Assembly: GCA_024181965.1 (NCBI GenBank)
Contig: BQXS01012484.1
Coordinates: 1 to 36,226, forward strand
Length of the DNA stretch: 36,226 nt
Source: Aduncisulcus paluster
Lineage: Eukaryota
Direction: 5' to 3'
In this document: positions 9,122 through 18,667 of the stretch, in pieces
Numbering within the stretch: the stretch's first letter is position 1
How the letters are laid out: each line of letters starts with the position of its first letter
The notes under the pieces: generated by a model
Database searches by the model: none
Told to the model about the DNA's origin: nothing
What the model saw: only the letters and a program-made list of their open reading frames with translations
Program-made: the position numbers and the translations under genes

Positions 9122-10322
9122 AACACAATCACAAGGATCAGATTGTTAATTTAGCAAATATGACGCGACCAAATTGGAAAAAAAATACTCAAGATTAGTA
9201 TTATGGAATAACAACAATTAATACTCGGGATAAACAAATGTACTCTCGAATTATTTTAAGTTTTCAAACTTTATACATCAAAATAATTGATATATAAAGA
9301 TCATGATAAAAAAAAATGACTTCATTTGGATAGAATTCGAAAACAAAAATATAAAATTGATATTTCAATTAAAATGCAAAATTAATCATTTTTTAGATGG
9401 GTAAATTTATAATTTTCATAACACAATCACAAGGATCAGATTGTTAATTTAGCAAATATGACGCGACCAAATTGGAAAAAAAATACTCAAGATTAGTATT
9501 ATGGAATAACAACAATTAATACTCGGGATAAACAAATGTACTCTCGAATTATTTTAAGTTTTCAAACTTTATACATCAAAATAATTGATATATAAAGATC
9601 ATGATAAAAAAAAATGACTTCATTTGGATAGAATTCGAAAACAAAAATATAAAATTGATATTTCATTAAACTTTTTTTAATGGGTAAATTTATAATTTTC
9701 ATAACACAATCACAAGGATCAGATTGTTAATTTAGCAAATATGACGCGACCAAATTGGAAAAAAAATACTCAAGATTAGTATTATGGAATAACAACAATT
9801 AATACTCGGGATAAACAAATGTACTCTCGAATTATTTTAAGTTTTCAAACTTTATACATCAAAATAATTGATATATTTTCTACACAAGCTCCAACAGAAA
9901 AATGACTGTATGGACAGTAAGCTTTCTTGCTTGCGGCCAGGGCTTTATCCAAGAGAGATTTTTCGTGAGAAGAAATAATTGGACATGGATCGAATGGTGA
10001 TTTTTCGATTAAACTTTTTTTAATGGGTAAATTTATAATTTTCATAACACAATCACAAGGATCAGATTGTTAATTTAGCAAATATGACGCGACCAAATTG
10101 GAAAAAAAATACTCAAGATTAGTATTATGGAATAACAACAATTAATACTCGGGATAAACAAATGTACTCTCGAATTATTTTAAGTTTTCAAACTTTATAC
10201 ATCAAAATAATTGATATATAAAGATCATGATAAAAAAAAATGACTTCATTTGGATAGAATTCGAAAACAAAAATATAAAATTGATATTTCAATTAAAATG
10301 CAAAATTAATCATTTTTTAGAT
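8953..10322. repeat. Irregular tandem duplication patch: four copies of the cdd start/upstream region, the last including the cdd 5' half
   Basis: gggtaaatttataattttcataacac... recurs at 9101, 9399, 9682 and 10025. 9877-10322 matches 8953-9398 (offset 924). I saw no substitutions between copies. Confidence 0.92.
9845..10045 (-). pseudogene. cdd: Truncated duplicate of the cdd 5' part (lacks CAE and PCxxC motifs); possibly an assembly artefact
   Basis: Identical to cdd up to ...SVGACVE, then runs into upstream-repeat sequence (NISIILMYKV*). Confidence 0.7.
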
Positions 10323-10694
10323 TGTTTTGTGAAAAAGAATAATAACTAAACGGGGGAAATGATGAGTTTGATTTTTTCATTTTGGTTGACAAGATGATTG
10401 GATGTTATTTTATTGTAAATTATTCTTTGGTAGCATACAAATAATACTTTTTCCTTTTATCATTGTGAATAGCCACAAATTACCGATTTAGAAGTTCGCT
10501 CAAGTAGATCGCCACATCAAAGCTGGACGCATTGTGAATAATCAATTTTATTATTATCACCGACCAAAAATAAAATGGTGAACTGTAGAAACTACAGAAA
10601 TTAGACTAAATTACAGAAAAAATGATGAAGCGGGAGATTTTGTTTTTTTCGTTTTTTTTTTTTTTATATAAACTACAAGAGATATTTCAGAGAT

Positions 10695-12972
10695 TTATCT
10701 ACTTCCCCCAAAGCTAACTCCATGGACTTTAACATGTCTGATGGCAACAATGTTTCCTCCACGAACATTAGCAGGGAATTTTAACCGAATAGCAACACAG
10801 GTCGTTTCTCCAGGGAGGGTAAAATCAAGCTGTTCTTTCCTCTCACATTTGAATTCTTTCAAAACCTTCCATTTGCTCTTCTCTGTCTCCATAACAGACA
10901 CTTCCATGAGGCTAGGACCACATTCACCCGGACAGACAGTGACCCCACTGACGAATGTTGTCTTGTTGTTACAAACATTGAGATCAACAACGGGACTGAG
11001 GGCAGAATAGACAGTGACATCGTCAGCGAGAACATTCTCAACACGGTTGTCCTTCTCGTGGAGGAGATCCCAGGAGGAGTACTCATAGGGATGCTGGATA
11101 GTGATGGGCTGAGGAGTAGCACGTTGAACCTGACGCTCAAGCTTTGCGAGATTCCTCTTCACATCCTTGATGAGGGGAGACAATTCACAATACTTTGAAC
11201 CGAGTTCCTTCTTTGTCTGCTCCTCTTCCTCGATTCTTGCCTTCTCGTCTTCCTCATATTTGGCAAGCTTTTCCTTGACGGCCTTGAGTTCATCTTCAAG
11301 GTGGTCAATACGGGCGGAAGAATCGCGGAGTCTTGGAAGGCAAGCAATGTCACCAGTGACCTCTGGAGGTGGCTGGGAGAGCTCATAGTCCTCAAAGGAA
11401 CGGAGATGGGCGAGACTGGTGGGCAAACCAACAACAACCTCAGTTCCAGCCTTGTCATGGGCATCAAGCAAGGAGGAAGGATATCCCTCTTTCGAGAAGA
11501 GCTTCTGGAAGTCCCCAACTGTCGAGTTATAGGAGTGAATAAGGCTCTTGATGGTCTCAAGCTTTCCCTCAAGATCTCTGCGGCACATTTTGACCTTATC
11601 GTACCAGCACATACAAATAAAACGACGAGCGGCACTCTGGCACAAGATAGTGTCTTGACGGAACTTGTGGAACATCCGACGCATCTGTTTGCAGAGGACA
11701 TTGGCTTGGCAACGCATAATGGCCTTCCTGGCAATCAAATACTTTGTACGTTCTCCGTGCATACGCCAAGCACTCTGAAGTTTGACGGCAGCAGCGTTCT
11801 TGTGATCAGCAAGGGCAATCTTATATCTCTTACGTTGGAGACAACCACGGATATGCTTCTGGATGGTGATAGCAGAGTTTCTGAGCTTACGGTACTCCTT
11901 TCTGACAACATGACCTCTCCACACACGTTGGACGTCAACAGCAAAATCATACTGGGCGTAAGTGAGAACTTCTTGAGCATTCCATCTCTCCTCGGCCTTG
12001 ACACGGATCAGATTTTCAACAATAGCCTTAATACGAGGGAATTCATGAAGAGGGTCAAGATCAACATGACCTGTGAGGGCATCGTCTCTAAAAGTGACTT
12101 CGTTAGTAATGTTAAATGGAAGTTTTCCAGTGACAAGTTGATAAATAGTTACACCAAGGGCCCAAAGATCGGCGGCAGTTGTGTATTTCTTCAAGGCAAG
12201 AAGTTCGGGAGCCCAGTACACAAGAGTACGAGGAATAGCATCTCCGATCAATATTTTGGAGAAAAGTTGATGAGTTTGGCGAGCAGAATCAAGCTCTGTC
12301 TTACCAAATTCACCGATCATAGCTGATCCATCTTCAGCCATATAAATTGAACTAGGCTTAAGCCTACCATGAATAATATTACAATTGTGGACAGCACAAA
12401 GACCTTTGGCAATGTCACAGATAAGGCGGAGGCAACGACGATAGATGGGCCTCTCAGGAGCCTTCACAATAGTTTGAAGAGCATCACCCTTGATTCCTTC
12501 CTCCATAAGAAGAACGAGGGTCTTGTAGGTGTATGATGAAGTTGGCCTTTCACTCCAATAGGAGAAAAGGGACACAATATTGGGATGGCCTTGGAAACGG
12601 GCAAGGGAATCAGCTTCATAAACTTTGAGGTCATATGTACGTCTATCAACACAATCCAAACGTTTTAATACTAAAGGAATATGTTTCAAATGTTCAGCTT
12701 TGGGGCGACAGCGAAAAACTTCTCCTTGAATAATAGACAGATCACCTCGTTTAACGGCAAGGGCTTGGCGGTGATCTATATGCAGTTGGAGAGGAGAACA
12801 TAATTGGGATAATTCGAGAGCTGCAAAATATTATTAAAAATACAAGGGAAAGGCTTGATTAGATTTGAATTTGAATTCTATGTAAAATACAGATAAAACA
12901 AATATATAACATACATTTTGATATCGGAGAACCAATACTCTCACCTCCTAACTGAAGTACTTCTAATTTCAT
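10695..12972 (-). CDS. Protein-kinase-fold (pseudokinase) protein with about 5 IQ motifs, coiled coil and a C-terminal beta-rich domain. Exons 12972-12915 and 12820-10695
   Basis: Kinase subdomains LVLKRL, HPNIVSLF, IIHGRLKPSSI, IGEFG, YWAPE, DLWALG. IQ-like VQRVWRGHVVRK, IQKHIRGCLQRK, LQSAWRMHGERT, CQANVLCKQMRR, CQSAARRFIC. The ORF-track start is TTG; the frame stays open to an AG acceptor at 12821 and splices in frame to MKLEVLQLGGESIGSPISK. The exact start codon is less certain than the rest. Confidence 0.82.
12821..12914 (-). other. Spliceosomal intron (94 nt, phase 1) in the pseudokinase gene
   Basis: Minus strand GTATGT...TATTTTGCAG, AT-rich with in-frame stops. Removal joins AAA T|CT CTC GAA in frame with an upstream ATG. 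Confidence 0.75.
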
Positions 12973-13480
12973 TGGTGTAAAGAGAGCCAAATCGGAAACC
13001 AGCGAAAATTGGAGCTCCAAAAATAGTGCAGCAAAATATACAGACTATATGAAATATAAATGAAAATTAGAATGAAGAAAGAAATTAGAAATTGACATTT
13101 GTGATTAATAGGGTCAACTATAGAGGATTTTATTATATGATAGTCGGCAAAATTTCTTGGGCTTTTTTTACGTGATTTAGCGAGAGGTCCAATGAATGGA
13201 TGTTTAGATAAAGATTATCATTATTCGTAAAGTCATTTTTTTGATTGTAAAAGGCAAGAATTTGTCTAATTCCTTTGTTTTTTGGAACATGGATCATGTA
13301 GCGTGTAAATGTAGATATAATAAGTTATAAATGGCGTATTATGAGTTTTAAATAATCCATAATAAAGTTTGTTCCTTTATTGGACATATTTACCTTGTCA
13401 ATAATAAAATAAAACGAAGAAGCTTTTTTTGCATGATTTAATACACTTAAAGTCTTATACATATATTATTTTATTATTAT

Positions 13481-15676
13481 ATGAAATATTATATATGTTT
13501 TTTGTTATCATTTCTTCTTACTTTTTGTACTTCTTTCTCTTTTTCCTCCTTTTCTGTTGATCTTGTTGAAAGAGTCTTGCCTGCAATTTCAGTAGTTTCC
13601 ATGGAAAATATGAATGATACGATGAATACATGTATTCATTTAGCTGTTTACAGGTTGGAACAGTGCTTACCTGATTTTTCCCCCTCTTATGGTGAGTCTC
13701 CAATCCAACAGCTTAAGAAGAAACAATTAGCGCTCGATTTTTATAATTGTTTTCTTATTGAACATAATCAAGACCCCATAGCATGTTCTCTATTTGATTT
13801 TGGAGATTCTTCATTTTCTGATATTTCTAATTTTGATTCTCTCTCGCCAATCATGAATATTCCAGCTGAATCTGTATATTGTTCCAATTTCAATGCCATA
13901 GAAAAATCGCCTATTGATCAAACTCGTTGTTTTAACATGATTTTGAACTCTCGTGATAGTGATGTGTATAAACGATATTTGAATGATGTAGAGGAAATAT
14001 GGGATAAAATAATGATAGAAAAGGCTAATGAGAAATTTCAAGCATTAATTTATGAGTTATCTCGCCAATCTGTTTCTCTTAATTCATCCATGACCGATCT
14101 TTCTGATGAAGTCCGCACCCAATCAGATCTAATCAAATTATCAACTGCCGATTTAAAGTCTGAGTTTGGTGATCTTGTTGCTTTATTTAACGATGGATCG
14201 ACCGCATTTATGCTTGCGATGTCATCGTTCTTCTCTGAATTTCAGACCTCAGCCACCCAAATACAAGCGAATGTGGAACAAACCTTGAAAGTAACCGAAG
14301 AAGCACTTGCAAAGCAGGATGATGCGATGCGATTGTCACAGGAACAATCGGATCAACTTGATAGTCTTTCGAAGCACTCCACCTCCATGCTTGGTTCCAT
14401 CTCTGAAGATCTTGGCGACATTCACTCATTCACCGCTGATACAGTGAGCAATGTGAATGAAATGTATCTTAAGATTATTGAAAACCGTGATCTCTCGAAA
14501 AGAGAATCCGAGGCAATCGAGACTTTGCTTACCGAGATGCACAACGAAGTGAGTTCAGTTCCTCAACTTCTTGCTGATATACATGCCAATAGCACTTCCA
14601 GCAATGTATTTTTTGAATATGTTAAAGTTTTTGGATTGTACCTTGGACTTGTTTTCTCTCTTCGAATCTTATTTTTCTCATTCGCCATCCCTTTTGTTGC
14701 CATTCCATCGACAATATCGTTTATAATATGTTTTTGTGTTGAAATTTATCTTATAAAACTTCGATTTCGACCCTCTTCTCCTCCTCCTCTTGTTTTTATC
14801 ATGGATTATTTCGACAATGAATTCCTTCATGGTATCATTGATAGAGTATTTAACTATATCACCGTTAACTATGTTCTTGTGTCATCCTTGATTCGATGTT
14901 CATACATAATATTCTGCATATTTTGTAGCCTTTCTAGGCACCGTTACATTGTCGCGCAGAATGGTGCTGTTAATGAGATTAATAATGAGAGATGGCAACG
15001 TCTAGAAGAGTCCATTATGCTGTTAAGTGAAAGTATAAGTTTAACAAGTGGAGTCGCGAGCAGTTTCCGTGAAGACAAAGTTGAGTCTCATTCTTCCTCT
15101 CTTCCGCTCGAAAAGGAGGGAAAACATGATAACACAAGTGGTATTGTTGGCAATAGTTTGGGTATTATTCAAAAAGATGGTGATAGCAAACCTGAGACTT
15201 TTGCAATAGATCTTCCTAAATCCCCTGAAGTGGAAGTGTTCATTCCGCGAGATGATGATACCTTAGCTTCAACAGTTCAAGATAAGATGGTTTCAGATCC
15301 GTATGACATAATTAGAGAGAAAAAGACCCTTGAAACAATGGAGATACATGGTGATTTGATAGATGATCTCAAACAGGAGGAAGAGGTGAATAGGTCAGTG
15401 GTTCACATCAAGGGATCTGGAGCAAGAAAGGGCATTGGAGGACAGCATAGTCGAAATCGTTCAAGGAGGGCAGGATTTTTGGCAAAAAAAATTAAGTCTG
15501 GACTGAGTACAAAATCCTCAATGGAAAACCCTTGTGTGCTGAAAGAGAAAGAAAGTGAGGGGGTTGATGAAATTATTGGGAAAAGGAGAAAGAAAGGTGT
15601 GTTTTCATCTGATCTTCCAAAAAAACAACACAGTACTGTCAAAATAGAAAACAAAGAGGAGGAGAAACAAAAGTGA
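13481..15676 (+). CDS. GEX1: GEX1/KAR5/Brambleberry-like nuclear membrane fusion protein (731 aa)
   Basis: N-terminal signal peptide; Cys-rich domain TCIHLAVYRLEQC...QLALDFYNCFLIEHNQDPIAC...RCF...DVYKRY; long coiled coil (about aa 175-370); about 3 TM segments (aa 380-485); charged cytoplasmic tail. This matches the family architecture. Confidence 0.75.
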   Translation: MKYYICFLLSFLLTFCTSFSFSSFSVDLVERVLPAISVVSMENMNDTMNTCIHLAVYRLEQCLPDFSPSYGESPIQQLKKKQLALDFYNCFLIEHNQDPIACSLFDFGDSSFSDISNFDSLSPIMNIPAESVYCSNFNAIEKSPIDQTRCFNMILNSRDSDVYKRYLNDVEEIWDKIMIEKANEKFQALIYELSRQSVSLNSSMTDLSDEVRTQSDLIKLSTADLKSEFGDLVALFNDGSTAFMLAMSSFFSEFQTSATQIQANVEQTLKVTEEALAKQDDAMRLSQEQSDQLDSLSKHSTSMLGSISEDLGDIHSFTADTVSNVNEMYLKIIENRDLSKRESEAIETLLTEMHNEVSSVPQLLADIHANSTSSNVFFEYVKVFGLYLGLVFSLRILFFSFAIPFVAIPSTISFIICFCVEIYLIKLRFRPSSPPPLVFIMDYFDNEFLHGIIDRVFNYITVNYVLVSSLIRCSYIIFCIFCSLSRHRYIVAQNGAVNEINNERWQRLEESIMLLSESISLTSGVASSFREDKVESHSSSLPLEKEGKHDNTSGIVGNSLGIIQKDGDSKPETFAIDLPKSPEVEVFIPRDDDTLASTVQDKMVSDPYDIIREKKTLETMEIHGDLIDDLKQEEEVNRSVVHIKGSGARKGIGGQHSRNRSRRAGFLAKKIKSGLSTKSSMENPCVLKEKESEGVDEIIGKRRKKGVFSSDLPKKQHSTVKIENKEEEKQK

Positions 15677-16018
15677 CATTGTTGAATTATATCAATATTA
15701 TACGAGCTTATTCATTATATCGATATAAAATTTATTATAACATTTATCTAACGAACAAATTATATGTACAAATTATTAATTATTTCCTTAAACACTTCTA
15801 TTATAGTTCAATGTTGAGGAACTCGTTTTTTCAAATTTTTGAGAATCGTAATATGATCAATATTCTTACATATACAAACAACTAACACTTTTTATAATAC
15901 TTGGTTGAGAATAAAATAATGGTAAAATATTGCATAATGCTATATTCACTGTGGAAAAGACGATTTTTTGAAATTTTTTCTAGATTTTGCATCGTAAAAA
16001 TATTGACATTTATAATTG

Positions 16019-16101
16019 GGCGTGATGGCCGAGTGGTCTAAGGCGGTTGTCTTGAAAACAATTGTGCATTGCACGCGTGGGTTCGAACCCCACTCGCGCC
16101 G
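16019..16101 (+). tRNA. tRNA-Ser (UGA)
   Basis: Acceptor GGCGTGA/TCGCGCC, D arm GCC-GAGTGGTCTAA-GGC, anticodon arm GTTGT-CTTGAAA-ACAAT, long variable arm TGTGCATTGCACG, T arm GTGGG-TTCGAAC-CCCAC, discriminator G. Confidence 0.95.
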
Positions 16102-16322
16102 TTTATACATTTTCGAAAGTGGTGAAGGACACAAATTGTTTTTTTGGATCTTTTGTCATAAAGATTTCTCTTATAATGCAAATGATGATGGTGAAGGGGC
16201 CCATAAAATCGAACAAACTTTGTTCCTTAAAGGATTGAATAAGATATGATTTATTTAGATCTATAATATATCACTCGTCTTTCATTTTTTTGAATACGTA
16301 ATATAGAATTGAAATAATATAA

Positions 16323-16862
16323 TTATTGGTCCTGATCAAAAAGGAATTTCGATGGTAAGGATGAATATTCCTCTAAAAGCGTATCTAAAACAGAATGATG
16401 TATTTTCAATGCTGGTAAATCAAGTATTTCATATCCAGCATCACTCATGGCACCTGATTCTTGGGATGATAATGCCTTTTTGCCACTTTCTAATGAAGAT
16501 CGACGCTTTTGTTGAATATTATGAAATTCTATTGATCCTTTGGATTCCTTTTCTTCCTTTTTTCTTTCTTTCTCAATTTCAGCTTCTAATTCTTTTTGTT
16601 CTTGGATCCGGCGAAATTTTTTAATTTCTCTTTGTCGTTGTCTCTCTTGCCGTCTTTTTACCATTTCAGCTTGATAAATCTTTTCTTGCTCTTTATGGTA
16701 TTCTTCTTCCAATTTAACACGTTTTAATATCTCTTTTGCCGATTCTTTGGCGTCTAATTGCTGTAATGCTACCCTTTGGGAGTCAAACCATATAAACTCA
16801 GGATTCTCAATAGCTGAGAGGTATATAAAAAATTCACTTTCTGGATATGATAAATGTGCCAT
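16323..16862 (-). CDS. Hypothetical charged coiled-coil protein (179 aa)
   Basis: ATG-initiated ORF with an E/K/R/Q-rich helical core and purine-rich sense strand like the neighbouring genes. No family recognised. Confidence 0.65.
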   Translation of the reverse strand: MAHLSYPESEFFIYLSAIENPEFIWFDSQRVALQQLDAKESAKEILKRVKLEEEYHKEQEKIYQAEMVKRRQERQRQREIKKFRRIQEQKELEAEIEKERKKEEKESKGSIEFHNIQQKRRSSLESGKKALSSQESGAMSDAGYEILDLPALKIHHSVLDTLLEEYSSLPSKFLFDQDQ

Positions 16863-17173
16863 ATATATCTCTGATTATGACCTACTTATAATCCTCTTCC
16901 TCTCAAATTCAATATTTTATGAATTGGATTGGTTAGGGGTGCATCCTCTTTTTTTTATTGGCTTTTTTATTCTAAATATTGGGTATTTTTCCCTGTTATA
17001 ATTTTTTATAACATAAATAATCCTGTATTATTGTATATTGATATAGTAAAGAGAGTTTTGCACTTTTCTTGAGAAAAGAGAAATATTCCTCAAACTTAAA
17101 CACTCCATATTTTATTTAAATTGGTTAATAATTTTAATATCATCAATTGCATTTATTTATCATTGAATATTAG

Positions 17174-18518
17174 ATGGTTAAGATCGGGAAGGTAAAATTC
17201 AAAACAGATGCTGATCGCTTTTGCACAGTTTCAAATTTTGAGAAAAGAGGATGGAGTAGAGGTCATGGTGCTGGTATGTTATTTACTTTTTCAGTTTTGA
17301 TTGTTATGGTTTCGAAAATCTCTTTTCGGGCATCTTTTTTTTCTTATTAATATTTTTATTGCTCTTTTTATGATATATTATTGACAAAATATTATAATTT
17401 GTCGATTTTTTTACCTAGATTGGAATTTTTACTGGGCAACTGTTGGGACTGTTAAATGGATATTTTCTCCAGAAGCTGGCAAAAGGTTGTCGGATCATCA
17501 AATAATTAATCATTTTCCCAATCACTATGAACTTACGAGGAAAGATCTTATGGTTAAGAATATCAAACGTTATCGACGTGAGCTTGAACGCGATCAAGGG
17601 CCCCTTGTGTATGCTAATGGGGACTCTGTTCTTGATTTTATTCCGCAGACATATTTATTACCGGCAGAATATACATCATTTTTAGATGAATTTAAGAGAG
17701 TTACTGCGGGGGAACGAGATGAAAGGAAGAAAGTCCCATGGATTTTGAAGCCAAGTGGGAGAGCTCAAGGAAAAGGAATTGTAATCATTCATAAACTTCA
17801 TCAAGTGAAGAAATATTGTACTCCAAAGAGTTATTCGAGTTCAATTGGTCGCGATAGCCATGTTGTGTCCAGATACATTCACAGACCTCTTCTTGTGGGT
17901 GGAAGGAAATTTGATCTTCGGTTATATGTGTTGGTAACATCGTTTCGTCCATTGCGTGCCTATATACATCGCCAAGGCTTTTGTAGGTTTTGTATGTCTA
18001 AATATAGCAGCGATTCTCTCTCAATGTCTGATCCTTTCGTTCATTTGACGAATGTTGCCATCCAAAAGCATGGAGAAGAGTATGATGAAAGGAATGGTGG
18101 AAAATGGTCGCTGGAATCTTTCTTGTTCTATATCGAATCCACTCGAGGTCGAGAATCTTGTAGGAAAATGCAAGATAGAGTTGAAAATATTATATTTCAT
18201 ACATTACAAAGTGTAAAACATGTTATTTTAAGTGATAAACATTGTTTTGAGTGTTACGGTTATGATTTGTTGATAGATGAAGATTTGAGGCCATGGCTCA
18301 TTGAAATTAATGCTTCTCCTTCATTATCTGCATCAACAGTGGCAGATAGGCTGTTAAAATATACCTTATTAGATGATATTTTGAATATTGTAATTCCACC
18401 ATTGTATCCACATTCTCACACTGAAAGAGGGGGATGGAGGGGTGGAGTATATCAAGACTGTTCAAAGGAAGATTTGGGTGGATTTGAAGTGCTCGTTGAT
18501 GAAAGGAAAGAGAGATAA
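17174..18518 (+). CDS. TTLL1: Tubulin polyglutamylase TTLL1 (399 aa). Exons 17174-17273 and 17419-18518
   Basis: Spliced N-terminus MVKIGKVKFKTD...NFEKRGW...G|DWNFYW, then NHFPNHYELTRKDLMVKNIKRYR, WILKP..AQGKGI, KFDLRLYVLV, HLTNVAIQKH, CFECYGYD, PWLIEINASPS. NFEKRGW and CFECYGYD fit TTLL1 as I recall it. Confidence 0.92.
17274..17418 (+). other. Spliceosomal intron (145 nt, phase 1) in TTLL1
   Basis: GTATGT...TTTTTTTACCTAG. Removal gives G|AT = Asp and restores the conserved DWNFYW. Confidence 0.92.
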
Positions 18519-18667
18519 ATTTCAGGCAGTCAGATTTATCTCTAATTAAATGGGAAATAAATTGCATTTTATGAATTTACTTTTACTATAACTTAATATT
18601 TAAGCTTTATTGATAGCATTTTAATGGAATAGAAATCTGCAATACATCGATTCTCCTTTTCGGGACA

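Noticed and set aside
9100..10322. Repeat patch as a CRISPR array or mobile element
   Set aside because: Units are 200-450 bp copies of adjacent unique sequence, with no unique spacers, terminal repeats or transposase/cas genes.
11301..12326. 341-aa plus-strand ORF antisense to the pseudokinase
   Set aside because: Shadow ORF in codon register with a biased-codon gene; no motifs; the opposite strand has the clear domains.
16051..16057. TGA in the tRNA anticodon loop as a possible selenocysteine or stop-suppressor tRNA
   Set aside because: Anticodon UGA reads the Ser codon UCA. A Sec/opal suppressor would need anticodon UCA, and the stems are the canonical 7/5 form.
16016..16249. Short ORFs overlapping 15946-16249 on both strands
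   Set aside because: They are translations of the tRNA-Ser gene and its flanks.
85..18518. Functional cytoskeletal/flagellar cluster (kinesin-like, IQ pseudokinase, TTLL1)
   Set aside because: The genes are interspersed with unrelated ones, and such genes are abundant in flagellate genomes; nothing indicates co-regulation.
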